Assembly: GCA_963665465.1 (NCBI GenBank)
Contig: OY762226.1
Span: 5,061,177 to 5,125,176 of the forward strand
Source of the DNA: Vicinamibacterales bacterium
GTDB taxonomy: Bacteria; Acidobacteriota; Vicinamibacteria; Vicinamibacterales; UBA8438
Direction of reading: 5' to 3'
Length of the DNA: 64,000 bases
Shown: piece by piece, positions 41,048 through 52,338 of the stretch
Layout: each line of letters starts with the position of its first letter
Position numbering within the stretch: the stretch's first letter is position 1
Notes under the pieces: generated by a model
Seen by the model: only the letters and a program-made list of their open reading frames with translations
Databases searched by the model: none
What the model was told of the DNA's origin: nothing
Program-made: the position numbers and the translations under genes

Positions 41048-42082
41048 CTACTTCGACTGCTCGTCGGCGTACTCCACGAGTGCCCCCGCCATGATGTTGT
41101 ACAGCCCGTAGTTGCCTTCGTGGCAGGCGTACTCGTAGAGCGGCTGGTCGTTCAACTGCATCGGAACCTCGTAGGTCCAGGTGCTGGACCAGACCGTGGG
41201 GTCGTTGATCGTGGCCCGGTACAGGAGCGTGCCCGGCGACACGCGCGTGAAGCGCTCCGTCAGGTGCAGATTCCCGCTGGCGTTGCCGCGCATGAAGCTC
41301 GTCTCGCGCAGGAAGTTCGTGGTCTCGACGACGAGCGTATCGCCGTCCCAGTAGCCCCGCGAGTCGCCGGTCCATTGCGGCAGGTCGATGCGCGGCCTGC
41401 CGTCCAGCGGCACGATGCGCGCGTTGTGGTTCATCTCGTTGAGCAGCACCACGTGGTCCTCGGTCTGGAACAGCTGCACGTTGTTGTTGTAGCCGCCCGG
41501 CGTCATCGGCGGTCCCGAGTTGAACCCGGTGATGCAGCGCAACTGCAGGCCGTTGGCGCCCAGGTCCTCCATCCAGCCGCCCGGGGTGGGCGCGTGCGGG
41601 TCCACGCCCCGGCGGGCCCGCGCCAGCTCGGCCACGCGCCGCGCCGCGGCGGCGGTCATGGCGGGCACCCGTCCCGTGGGCGGATCGACGACCAGCGACG
41701 TGCGCCGGGTGCCGACCGTGGTCGTGCCCCGGTCCAGCCAGAAGTTGTTGTAGGGGCCTGGCGCCCCCTCCTCGCCGCGATCCACGCTTCTGCCCGCAAC
41801 CGTTCTCCGCGCGGCCCGGTTGAGCAGATCCGTGTTCCGCTCGACAGCGGCCTGCTCGAGCTCGGCCGCCTCTTCCGGCGTCAGGAAGGCCTTTTCGGCC
41901 AGCTCTTCGGGCCGCTCCATGGGCGTGATGGAGCGGAAGTCCCAGACGCCCTGCAGGTCGGGCGCGCCCCACGGCGTCCGGGGCGTCTCGGCGGCGGTCG
42001 CCGACTGGGCGGCCGCGAACACGGGTGCCAGCGTCACGATCGCGAGCACCGTCAACACCGCAGCGACACATCGATGGCTCAT
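41048..42082 (-). CDS. secreted protein of unknown function, paralog 1 (TPWGxPDLQG ... EYACHEGN family)
   Basis: RBS AGGAGGG and signal peptide MSHRCVAAVLTVLAIVTLAPVFAAAQ. Shares ordered motif blocks with 46366..47364. Confidence 0.7.
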   Translation of the reverse strand: MSHRCVAAVLTVLAIVTLAPVFAAAQSATAAETPRTPWGAPDLQGVWDFRSITPMERPEELAEKAFLTPEEAAELEQAAVERNTDLLNRAARRTVAGRSVDRGEEGAPGPYNNFWLDRGTTTVGTRRTSLVVDPPTGRVPAMTAAAARRVAELARARRGVDPHAPTPGGWMEDLGANGLQLRCITGFNSGPPMTPGGYNNNVQLFQTEDHVVLLNEMNHNARIVPLDGRPRIDLPQWTGDSRGYWDGDTLVVETTNFLRETSFMRGNASGNLHLTERFTRVSPGTLLYRATINDPTVWSSTWTYEVPMQLNDQPLYEYACHEGNYGLYNIMAGALVEYADEQSK

Positions 42083-42231
42083 CTTTCCCTCCTGGGCGGA
42101 ATAGTGGGGCAAACCGCTGCTCGCGTCAACCGGGACGCCGCGGCGTCCCGCGCGGGCGCCGTTGCCGACCCCGCGTCCGGCCGTGGTATGGTCCTCGACG
42201 CGGGACTCAAGAGCGGGAGGAGACCGATCCG

Positions 42232-42693
42232 ATGGAGCCGAAGTTCGGCACGACACAGCTCGAAGCGCAGCCCATCGTGGGCATCCGGACGACCGTTGCG
42301 ATGAACGAAATCGGGAAGGTCATGGGGCCGCTGTTCGGTGAAGTCCACGGGCACATCCGGCAGAACGGGCAGCAAGCCGCCGGGGCGCCGCTCGCCGTCT
42401 ACCACTCCCGGCCGGGCGACACCGTCGACCTCGAATGCGCGATTCCCGTCGCGTCGCCCCTGGCCGGCGCAGGCCGCGTGCGGGCCGGCGAGCTGCCCGC
42501 CGGAAAGGCCGCGACCGTCACGCACGTCGGCCCCTACGACACGCTCCCGCAGACATGGGCAGCGCTCACGGCGTGGATGGAGTCCGAGGGTCTCGCCGCG
42601 GCCGGCGCGCCGTGGGAATCGTACGTGACCGACCCCGGCGCCGAGCCGGACCAGTCCAGCTGGCGCACCGACATCTTCTTCCCGGTGCGCTGA
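42232..42693 (+). CDS. GyrI-like small-molecule-binding domain protein
   Basis: 153 aa. The pattern ...PIVGIRTTV...GPLFGEV...VYHS...E-AIPV...GPYDTLPQTWAAL-AWMESEGL...ESYVTDP is typical of GyrI/SbmC-like effector-binding domains. Confidence 0.6.
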   Translation: MEPKFGTTQLEAQPIVGIRTTVAMNEIGKVMGPLFGEVHGHIRQNGQQAAGAPLAVYHSRPGDTVDLECAIPVASPLAGAGRVRAGELPAGKAATVTHVGPYDTLPQTWAALTAWMESEGLAAAGAPWESYVTDPGAEPDQSSWRTDIFFPVR

Positions 42694-42760
42694 GCAGGTC
42701 GAGCGGCCCCCATCCGGCCGGCCGCACGCGGCGGCGTCGCAGGGTCCGAGGAGCTGTCCG

Positions 42761-43714
42761 ATGATCAGACAACCCCGTCTCGTCGTCTTCGCACTCGCCG
42801 CGCTCTGCCTGGCGCTCGCCGCCGTCAGGGCCGGCGGACAGAATCAGGCCGACCGGTTCGCCGGCGTCGAGCTGACGATCGTGCCCGTGGCGGGCCAGGT
42901 TCACATGGTCCAGCGCCCGGGCGGCGGCGGCAACGTCGGCGTCTTCGCCGGACCGGACGGGGTGCTGCTCGTCGACTCGCTGTTCGCGCCGCTGGCCGAG
43001 CGGCTGGTCGCCGCGGTGCGGCAGGTGTCGGACGGCGCGATCCGCTTCCTGATCAACACGCATGTGCACCCCGACCACATCGGCGGCAACGAGCCGCTCG
43101 CCCGGCAGGACATCCTGATCTTCGCCCATGACAATCTCCGGGTGCGGGCGCTGGAGCGTCTGCGGACTCCGCGCCGGGGAGGCCGCTTCTCGCCGCAGCC
43201 GCCGGCCGGAGCGCGGCCGGTCGTGACCTACGACTCGGCGGTGGGGTTTCACTTCAACGGCGAGGACGTGCGCGCCTTTCTCGCGCCCGCGGCCCACACC
43301 GACGGCGACACCTTCGTCCACTTCCCGGACTCGGACGTGCTGCACCTGGGCGACGTATTCCGCACCACGAGCTACCCGATCGTCGACGTGTACAACGGCG
43401 GGACCGTGGCCGGCACGATCGCGGCGCTCGAGACGGCGGTCGCCATGGCCGGACCGCGCACCCGGGTCATTCCCGGCCACGGCCTCGAGGTGGTGGGCCG
43501 CGACGCCCTCGTCGAGTTTCTCGACATGATCGTCGACGTCCGCGACCGGGTACGGTCGCTGATCGCCGCGGGCCGCAGTCTCGACGAGGTGATGGCCGCG
43601 GCGCCGACGGCCGCCCACGACGCCAGGTGGGGGCAGGAGGCGACGTGGACCGCGAACGACTTCGTGCCGATCGTCTACCACGAGCTCGGCGGCGGGTCGC
43701 TCTTCGTCCGTTGA
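42761..43714 (+). CDS. MBL-fold metallo-hydrolase, exported
   Basis: Signal peptide and HxHxDH motif (NTHVHPDHIGGN), with later His/Asp ligand positions (HTDGD, PGHG). Confidence 0.75.
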   Translation: MIRQPRLVVFALAALCLALAAVRAGGQNQADRFAGVELTIVPVAGQVHMVQRPGGGGNVGVFAGPDGVLLVDSLFAPLAERLVAAVRQVSDGAIRFLINTHVHPDHIGGNEPLARQDILIFAHDNLRVRALERLRTPRRGGRFSPQPPAGARPVVTYDSAVGFHFNGEDVRAFLAPAAHTDGDTFVHFPDSDVLHLGDVFRTTSYPIVDVYNGGTVAGTIAALETAVAMAGPRTRVIPGHGLEVVGRDALVEFLDMIVDVRDRVRSLIAAGRSLDEVMAAAPTAAHDARWGQEATWTANDFVPIVYHELGGGSLFVR

Positions 43715-43833
43715 CGGCCGCCCGGCGGGGGCTATCGTCCCGGCTGGGGAGTGTGGTACATTGGCGTGCAGGTATCTAGCCGAGAGACCGCGCCCGGCTG
43801 CCGGCAGGCTCGACCGGGCTGCACGGAGGTCAC

Positions 43834-45252
43834 ATGAAGAGGACATTGCTCGCTCTTTCCGTCGCGGCTGCGGTCGTGGCGACACCTGCGTTCCCCGCAC
43901 CCGCGCTCGCGCAGGATGCGGCCGGCGCCGAGGTGACGTTCACCAGGGACATCGCGCCGATTCTGCAGCGGAGCTGCCAGAAGTGCCATCGGCCGGACTC
44001 GCTGGCGCCGATGTCGCTCATCGACTACGAAGAGGTGCGCCCCTGGGCCCGGGCCATGAAGCAGCGCACCGCGCTGCGCGACAAGCCGGGGGTCATGCCG
44101 CCGTGGTTCATCGAGCGGGAGATCGGCATTCAGAGCTTCAAGAACGATCCCTCGCTGAGCGAGGAAGAGATCGAGAAGATCGCGACGTGGGCGGACAACG
44201 GTGCGCCGCGCGGCGATCCCGCCGACATGCCGCCGCCGGTGGCGTTCATCGACGTCGACGAGTGGGAGATCGGCGAGCCCGATCTGGTCGTCTCGTCGCC
44301 GAGCGTGCACGTGCAGGGTGAGCAGCCCGACTGGTGGGGGGCGATCGGCGAGACGCAGACCTCGCTGCCGGAGGATCGCTACGTCGCCGCGATCGAGTAC
44401 AAGGAAATCACCGAGTCGCGCGGGAGCGGCGGGCGCAACACGGTCGGCGGGCTGTTCGTGTTCCACCATGCGACCATGGGCGTCGTCGACCCGTCCGCCT
44501 CCGCGGAGGAGCAGGAATCCGCGCGGCTGGGCGGCTGGCCGGTCCACGAGGTCGGGCGCAACGCCGACTACTTCAATCCCGAGGCGGGCCGACTGATGCC
44601 GGCCGGGGCGACGGTGGTGTTCCCCAACAACCACCTGCACGCGAACGGCGCGGACACCACGGCCCACCTGAACGTCGGCTTCAAGTTCCACCCGCGAGGC
44701 TACGAGCCGTCGCTGAAGGAGGAAGGCATCTCCTGGGCGATCGTCGACATCGACCTCGAGGCGATGGACGCCGACCAGGAGCTCGAGAGCTACTTCGTCG
44801 TCCCCCGGCCGCTCAAGATGACCATCTTCGAGCCCCACCTGCACGCGCCCGGCGTGCGGATGTGCCTGGAGGCAATCTGGGGCCGGCAGCGGGAGATGCT
44901 CAACTGCGCGGGTTACGACCACGGCTGGGTCCGGGTCTACACCTACGAGGACGACGCGACGCCCCTCCTCCCCGAGGGGACCATCCTGCGCCTGGTCGGC
45001 TACTTCAACAACTCGCCGTCGAATCCCAACGTCCCGGATCCGAGAAACTGGTCCGGCGACGGGCAGCGCTCGGTCGACCAGATGTTCATCAACCTGGCCC
45101 GCGGCATCTACCTGACCGACGAGCAGTTCGAGCACGAGCTGGCCGCCCGCCGGGAGCAGCTCGGCCTCGAGCGCGGAGACCTGGTCGCCGGGTGCCCGCT
45201 CTGCGGCCTCTTCGACGACACGCCGGCCGCGGCCGGCAACAACAACGAGTAG
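43834..45252 (+). CDS. exported c-type cytochrome domain fused to a PHM/DBH-like (copper type II monooxygenase-like) domain
   Basis: Signal peptide. IAPILQRSCQKCHRP...MPPW heme-c module. His/Met ligand pattern H211-H212, H267xH269, H335xH337, M417 with PHM-like spacing (own residue count). Family call is inferred. Confidence 0.45.
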   Translation: MKRTLLALSVAAAVVATPAFPAPALAQDAAGAEVTFTRDIAPILQRSCQKCHRPDSLAPMSLIDYEEVRPWARAMKQRTALRDKPGVMPPWFIEREIGIQSFKNDPSLSEEEIEKIATWADNGAPRGDPADMPPPVAFIDVDEWEIGEPDLVVSSPSVHVQGEQPDWWGAIGETQTSLPEDRYVAAIEYKEITESRGSGGRNTVGGLFVFHHATMGVVDPSASAEEQESARLGGWPVHEVGRNADYFNPEAGRLMPAGATVVFPNNHLHANGADTTAHLNVGFKFHPRGYEPSLKEEGISWAIVDIDLEAMDADQELESYFVVPRPLKMTIFEPHLHAPGVRMCLEAIWGRQREMLNCAGYDHGWVRVYTYEDDATPLLPEGTILRLVGYFNNSPSNPNVPDPRNWSGDGQRSVDQMFINLARGIYLTDEQFEHELAARREQLGLERGDLVAGCPLCGLFDDTPAAAGNNNE

Positions 45253-45262
45253 GGGGTAGCGC

Positions 45263-46174
45263 ATGACGAGCCTACTTGCTTGGCGCCGGGCTGCCGCGCG
45301 AGGCTGCCTGCTGCTCGCGGTTGCCGTCCTGGGCGCAGGGGTCGGGGAAGTCGGGGCCCAGCCGGTGCGACACGCGACCGGGCAGGAAGTGGTGCCCGCC
45401 TACGAGGGTTGGGAGCGGAATCCCGACGGGTCGTTCAATCTGGTGTTCGGCACCATGAACCGGAACTGGGACGAGGCCGTCGACATTCCGATCGGGGCGC
45501 AGAACAGCGTCGAGCCCGGTGGTCCGGATCGGGGTCAGCCGACCCACTTCCTGCCGCGGCGCAACCGGTTCCTCTTCCGGGTCCGCGTGCCGGCCGACTT
45601 CGGCGAGCAGGAGCTCATCTGGACCCTGACGAGCCCCAACGGCGAGACGAAGAAGGCGTACGCGTCGCTTCACCCGGACTACTTCATCGACGACGTCATC
45701 CTGCAGCGGAACAGCGGCGCGCCAACCGCCGACTGGCTCCTGACGAACGAGGCCCCCAGACTCGAGGTGCAGGGCGGGGGCACCAGGACGGTCGCCGTCG
45801 GGCAGCCGCTGACGCTGACGGCCGTGGCCACCGATGACGGCGTGCCGGAGTGGTTCCAGCTCCCGCCCCGGCCCACGCACGTGACCACGTTCGGGGCCAG
45901 GGGGCTGCGGGTCGCCTGGTTCGTGTACCGGGGTCCCGGCGAGACGGCGACGTTCGAGCCCGAGCAGTTCCAGGTGTGGGAAGACCGCCGCATAGGTGCG
46001 AACTCGCCGTGGGGGCCGGGCTGGGGCGCTCCGCCGCTGCCCCCGGACGACAAGTGGGAAGTCGAGGCGACGTTCAGCGAGCCCGGCACCTACGTGCTGC
46101 GGTGCCTGGCGCACGACGGCGGCCTCATGGTGTCGGAGGACATCACCGTCGTCGTCAGCGGCGACGCGCAGTAG
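45263..46174 (+). CDS. exported protein of unknown function with C-terminal PKD/Ig-like domain
   Basis: Signal peptide. The C-terminal FSEPGTYVLRCLAHDGGLMVSEDITVVV fits the PKD pattern F--PGTY-V-L-V-D-GG......V-V. It lies 10 bp downstream of the previous gene. Confidence 0.55.
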   Translation: MTSLLAWRRAAARGCLLLAVAVLGAGVGEVGAQPVRHATGQEVVPAYEGWERNPDGSFNLVFGTMNRNWDEAVDIPIGAQNSVEPGGPDRGQPTHFLPRRNRFLFRVRVPADFGEQELIWTLTSPNGETKKAYASLHPDYFIDDVILQRNSGAPTADWLLTNEAPRLEVQGGGTRTVAVGQPLTLTAVATDDGVPEWFQLPPRPTHVTTFGARGLRVAWFVYRGPGETATFEPEQFQVWEDRRIGANSPWGPGWGAPPLPPDDKWEVEATFSEPGTYVLRCLAHDGGLMVSEDITVVVSGDAQ

Positions 46175-46365
46175 GTCTCTGCGGGACGCACGCCGTCCCG
46201 GCAGGCACGATCTCCCGGCGCTGGCTCCCGGTGCTCGACCGGGCGCCGGCGCCGGGGGCGACCCCGCCAACGGTCTCCATCCGGGTCCGTCAGGATCCGG
46301 CGGCGGAACGGTCCAACCCGGTTCCGATGCAGCTGCGATCGACGAGGTCGCGCAAGGAGGTCGTG

Positions 46366-47364
46366 ATGAGCCATCGCACCCTCGGGACGTTGCTGGTGCT
46401 GGTCGTGCCCCTGTCGCTCGCCGCGACGCCGGCCCTCGGACAGCCGCCGACAGCCGCGGGCGAGACCTGGTCCCCGCCGCGGACCCCGTGGGGCCATCCG
46501 GACCTGCAGGGGACGTGGTCGAACACCACCAGGACGCCTCTGGAGCGGCCCGCGGACCTCGAGGCGGAGTTCCTCACGGACGAGCAGTGGGCCGAGCGGA
46601 ATCAGCGGCGGTCCACCCCGGACCGCGGCTCGGCGACGATGCCCACGGGGGCGTACAACAACTTCTGGCTCGAGCAGGGTGCGTTGTCCAGACGGACGTC
46701 GCTGATCGTGGACCCGCGCGAGGGCCGGCTGCCGCCGGTCACGCCCGCCGAGCAGGCGCGCGCGAGCGAACGCACCGATTCCTATGTGGAGGCCATCGAC
46801 CGTCGCACCCCGATCGACTCATGGGAGGATCTGAACGTCTACGATCGCTGCATCACCCGCGGCATGCCCGGCCTGATGATGCCCGGGTACTACAATCACA
46901 ACTACCAGATTCTGCAGACGCCCGACTACGTCGCGATCGTCGTGGAGATGATCCACGACGCGCGCATCATTCCTCTCGACGGGCGGTCCGACCTGCCGCC
47001 GACGCTGCGACAGTGGCTGGGCAGCTCCCGCGGGCGCTGGGAGGGCGACACGCTGGTGATCGAGACCACGACGTTCACGGACACGCTGCACGGGAGCGTC
47101 GTGAGAAACAACGGCACCGTCTTCGGAGGCCGCGACCATCACGTGGTCGAGCGTCTGACCCGCGTCGACGCCGACACGATCGACTACCAGGTGACGGTCA
47201 CCAACCCCGCGGTGTGGACACGCCCCTGGACCGCGGCGATGCCCATGCGGGCCATCGGGGAGACGCTCTTCGAGTACGCCTGCCACGAGGGGAATCGCTC
47301 GGTTCCCAACATCCTCAGCGGCAATCGGGCCGAGGAGCGGGCCGCGGCCGCCGGCGCGCGCTAG
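46366..47364 (+). CDS. secreted protein of unknown function, paralog 2 (TPWGxPDLQG ... EYACHEGN family)
   Basis: RBS AAGGAGG and signal peptide MSHRTLGTLLVLVVPLSLAATPALGQ. Motif blocks are collinear with 41048..42082. Confidence 0.7.
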   Translation: MSHRTLGTLLVLVVPLSLAATPALGQPPTAAGETWSPPRTPWGHPDLQGTWSNTTRTPLERPADLEAEFLTDEQWAERNQRRSTPDRGSATMPTGAYNNFWLEQGALSRRTSLIVDPREGRLPPVTPAEQARASERTDSYVEAIDRRTPIDSWEDLNVYDRCITRGMPGLMMPGYYNHNYQILQTPDYVAIVVEMIHDARIIPLDGRSDLPPTLRQWLGSSRGRWEGDTLVIETTTFTDTLHGSVVRNNGTVFGGRDHHVVERLTRVDADTIDYQVTVTNPAVWTRPWTAAMPMRAIGETLFEYACHEGNRSVPNILSGNRAEERAAAAGAR

Positions 47365-47518
47365 CAGCGCATCCCGGCTGGCCCTCTCGGCCAGCTCCTC
47401 GCCGGTCAGGAACTCCGATCACCCAGCCCGGCCGGTCGCTCCAGCGGGGTGGAGGTCACCTCGTTCGTCCATATTCCCTGCAGGTGACGCGCGACGCCGT
47501 AGCGGATCGGGGGACCTC

Positions 47519-49153
47519 GTGACGATCGGAACCGCCCGTGACAGGCGCCGATGGTGCCGGCTGCTCGTGGCCGCCATGCTGGTGGCGGCGTCGTGGATCG
47601 GCGGCGTGCGCTCCCAGCCGGCCGCGGACCTGCTGCTGGTCGGCGGTCTGGTCCACGACGGATCGGGACGGCCGCCGGGCCGGCTGGACGTCGGCGTGGC
47701 GGGCGAGCGCATCAGCTTCGTCGGCGACGCGGCGGCGGCCGGCCTCGATGCGGCCGTCGTCGTGGACGTCGACGGGCTGCTGGTCACGCCGGGCTTCATC
47801 GACATGCACTCGGACGCCGAGCTGACGGAAGGCTACGGCCGGGACGCGCTGCCGTTCCTCCACCAGGGCATCACCACGGTGGCGATCGGGGTGGACGGCG
47901 CGGGCACGCCCGACGTCGCCGAGCTGTTCGCCGGGCTCGAGGGCCGCATCGGGGTGAACACGTTCGCCTACGCGGGTCACGGCGAGATCCGGCAGCGGGT
48001 GATCGGAGGCGCCGACCGCGCCCCGACGGCGGCCGAGCTGGACGAGATGCGCGCCCTGGTGCGCCAGGCCATGCGCGAAGGCGCGTTCGGTCTCTCGACC
48101 GGACTCTTCTACGTGCCGGGGTACTACGCGACCACCGCGGAGGTCATCGAGCTGACGCGCGTCGCCGCGGCGTTCGACGGCATCTACGACACGCACGATC
48201 GCGACCTCGGCGCCAGCTACCGGGGCGTCGGCTATCTGAGCTCGATACGCGAGGCGATCCGGATCGGCGAGGAGGCCGGGGCGCGCGTCATCTTCAGCCA
48301 CTTCAACGCGCAGGGCGCGAGCAACTACGGGCGCGCGCCCGAAGGGGCCCGCCTGATCGAGGAGGCCCGCGCGCGGGGCGTGGAGGTGGCGGCGGCGCAG
48401 CACGTCTACACGGCCACCCAGTCGAGCCTGGCGGCCTACGCGATACCGCGCTGGGCCTCCAACGGGGGGCGCGCGGACCTGCTCGAGCGGTTCGGCGATC
48501 CCGAGACCGTCCGCCGGCTCGACGTCGAGACCCTGGAGATGCTGGCGATCCGCGGGGGCGCCGACAAGCTCCTGTTCGCCGACCCGCGGCCGGAGCTCAA
48601 CGGCCGTACGCTGGCCGCGGTCGCGGCCGAGTGGGAGCTGCCGGTGCCCGCGGCGGTGCGGCGCATCATCACCGCCGGCAACGCCGCCGTGATGAACCTG
48701 GACCTCTACGACATCGAGAACACGCGCTACCTCGCGCGGCAGCCCTGGATGATGACCTGCACGGACGGCCGCACGCCGTCCCCCGCGCAGAACGTCACCC
48801 ACCCGCGCGTGTTCGGCGCCTTCACGCGCAAGCTGCGCCAGTTCGTGCTCGACGAGCGGATCATCGCCATGCCGTTCGCCGTCCGCAGCATGACCGGTCT
48901 GGCGGCCGATTTCCTGCGCCTGGACGACCGCGGCTACCTGCGGGCCGGCGCCGTCGCCGACATCGCGGTGCTCGACGCCCGCCGCATCCTCGATCGCGCC
49001 ACCTACGACCACCCGCGGCAGCACGCCGCGGGAACCGTGCACGTGCTCGTCAACGGCCGCTTCGCGATACGGGATGGCGAGGCGACCGGCGCGCTGGCCG
49101 GCCGGCCCGTTCGCCGGCCGACGCGGACGGGCGGGAGCGCCCCCGGCCGGTGA
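47519..49153 (+). CDS. N-acyl-D-amino-acid deacylase (D-aminoacylase) family amidohydrolase, exported
   Basis: DLLLVGGLVHDGSG, VTPGFIDMHSD, GAFGLSTGLFYVPG and a C-terminal beta-sandwich region typical of the family. GTG start. Confidence 0.7.
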   Translation: MTIGTARDRRRWCRLLVAAMLVAASWIGGVRSQPAADLLLVGGLVHDGSGRPPGRLDVGVAGERISFVGDAAAAGLDAAVVVDVDGLLVTPGFIDMHSDAELTEGYGRDALPFLHQGITTVAIGVDGAGTPDVAELFAGLEGRIGVNTFAYAGHGEIRQRVIGGADRAPTAAELDEMRALVRQAMREGAFGLSTGLFYVPGYYATTAEVIELTRVAAAFDGIYDTHDRDLGASYRGVGYLSSIREAIRIGEEAGARVIFSHFNAQGASNYGRAPEGARLIEEARARGVEVAAAQHVYTATQSSLAAYAIPRWASNGGRADLLERFGDPETVRRLDVETLEMLAIRGGADKLLFADPRPELNGRTLAAVAAEWELPVPAAVRRIITAGNAAVMNLDLYDIENTRYLARQPWMMTCTDGRTPSPAQNVTHPRVFGAFTRKLRQFVLDERIIAMPFAVRSMTGLAADFLRLDDRGYLRAGAVADIAVLDARRILDRATYDHPRQHAAGTVHVLVNGRFAIRDGEATGALAGRPVRRPTRTGGSAPGR

Positions 49154-49205
49154 CTTCACGGTCCGGCCGCACGGCGGTCCGGGACGCTTCGCTCGGCACG
49201 GGCCG

Positions 49206-49916
49206 TCAGGGCGCGCCGGCGCGCGCGGCGTCGAGGCCCGCGACCACCGCGTCGGTGATCGTGTCCACGCCCACCCCGTTGGTCACCTGGGCGAAGACGA
49301 ACGGCCCCCCCTGGCGCATGCGTTGCGAGTCCCGCGCCATGACGTCGAGGTCGGCGCCGATCAGCGCGGCGAGGTCCGTCTTGTTGATGACCAGCAGATC
49401 GGATTGCGTGATGCCGGGCCCGCCCTTGCGGGGTATCTTGTCGCCGCCCGACACGTCGATGACGTAGATCGTGAAGTCGGCCAGCTCGCGGCTGAACTGC
49501 GCCGCCAGGTTGTCGCCGCCGCTCTCGACGAACAGCAGCTCGGGCCGTACCACCGTCATGAGCTGCATGAGCGCGTCCAGATTCTGGCTCACGTCGTCGC
49601 GCACCGCCGTGTGCGGGCAGCCGCCGGTCTCGACGGCCGTGATGCGATTCGTCTCGAGCGCCTCGTGGCGCACGAGGAACTCGCCGTCCTCCCGGGTGAA
49701 GATGTCGTTGGTCACGACGCCCAGGCTGTAGCGGTCCCGGAGCCGGCGGCACAGCGCGAGGAGCAGCGCCGTCTTCCCGCTGCCGACGGGCCCGCCGATG
49801 CCCACGGTGAACGCGCGGCGGCGGTAGTCGCGCGCGTGCGGCTGCTCCCGGTGCTCGAACAGGCCGGGCTCGGCCGGATCATCGTGCTCGTGCGGATGCT
49901 TGAGCTTGTCGTGCAT
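49206..49916 (-). CDS. ureG: urease accessory GTPase UreG with His-rich N-terminal extension
   Basis: [18 protein letters not shown] and NKTDL motifs. ATG 49916 lies inside the over-long ORF 49206..51203. Confidence 0.9.
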   Translation of the reverse strand: MHDKLKHPHEHDDPAEPGLFEHREQPHARDYRRRAFTVGIGGPVGSGKTALLLALCRRLRDRYSLGVVTNDIFTREDGEFLVRHEALETNRITAVETGGCPHTAVRDDVSQNLDALMQLMTVVRPELLFVESGGDNLAAQFSRELADFTIYVIDVSGGDKIPRKGGPGITQSDLLVINKTDLAALIGADLDVMARDSQRMRQGGPFVFAQVTNGVGVDTITDAVVAGLDAARAGAP

Positions 49917-49948
49917 CGCCGTTCCTCCTCGACAGACGAACCGAAAAC

Positions 49949-50614
49949 CTACGATTGGAAGAGCCGTGAGTACAGTCGGTCGTGCGCGCCCTGCAGCAGA
50001 TCGATGATCGGCGCCGTCTGGCAGATGGCCTCGGGAGGCAGCCCGCGGCACTTCTCGAGCGTTGCCTCCAGGCGCGTCGCCGCCTCGTGCTGCAGGCGCT
50101 GGGCCTGGTAGCTGCCCACGATGCCGAGACGAACCGCCGCCGACAGAACGCCGCGGGCGGCGCCGTGGAGCACCGCCCGCTGCGCGACCTCCTCCGCCAG
50201 CCCGATGGTGCGGAAGACGACGCCCGAGACGGGCGCCACGTGCGCTCGGCCAGCGCGGGCACGGGCATCGAGATCGGTCATCGCCGGCGACGGCCAGACC
50301 CGCTCGGCGGTGGCGGCCAGCGTGCGTCCCTGCACCCGGCTGGCGCGGTTGGCGACGCTGTTGACGAGAAACGCGTCGGTCAGCTCGTCGAGCTCCGCCA
50401 GCCGCTGCGGCGCCCGATGCGCCGCGCTCATGACGGGCAGCGCGCTCCATCCCGTTTGCTGAATCGACTCCGCCAGGAACCGGCGCAGCGCGGCTTCGTC
50501 GTCCACGTGGCCGGCCTGCCACGCCGCCTCGAGGCCCCACGAGTGGGCGAACACGCCGACCGGGAACGCCGAGTCGACGACCTGCCAAGCGAGCCAGTCT
50601 GACGATTCCGCCAC
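49949..50614 (-). CDS. ureF: urease accessory protein UreF
   Basis: 221 aa; [16 protein letters not shown] and the position between ureC and ureG. Confidence 0.85.
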   Translation of the reverse strand: MAESSDWLAWQVVDSAFPVGVFAHSWGLEAAWQAGHVDDEAALRRFLAESIQQTGWSALPVMSAAHRAPQRLAELDELTDAFLVNSVANRASRVQGRTLAATAERVWPSPAMTDLDARARAGRAHVAPVSGVVFRTIGLAEEVAQRAVLHGAARGVLSAAVRLGIVGSYQAQRLQHEAATRLEATLEKCRGLPPEAICQTAPIIDLLQGAHDRLYSRLFQS

Positions 50615-50620
50615 GGACCG

Positions 50621-52336
<1,716 letters not shown>

Positions 52337-52338
52337 GA

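Noticed and set aside
43754-43770. A sigma-54-like TGGTACattggcGTGCA upstream of the cytochrome/PHM-like gene.
   Set aside because: The GG-to-GC spacing is one nucleotide too long, and both boxes deviate from consensus.
46078-46140. The C-x2-H-x4-M pattern (GTYVLRCLAHDGGLM) resembles the type-1 copper loop of plastocyanin. This suggested a cupredoxin electron donor next to the PHM-like gene.
   Set aside because: The same stretch fits the C-terminal PKD/Ig-domain signature F--PGTY-V-L-V-D-GG-----V-V much better. No upstream His ligand context could be identified, so the copper-site reading is probably coincidental.
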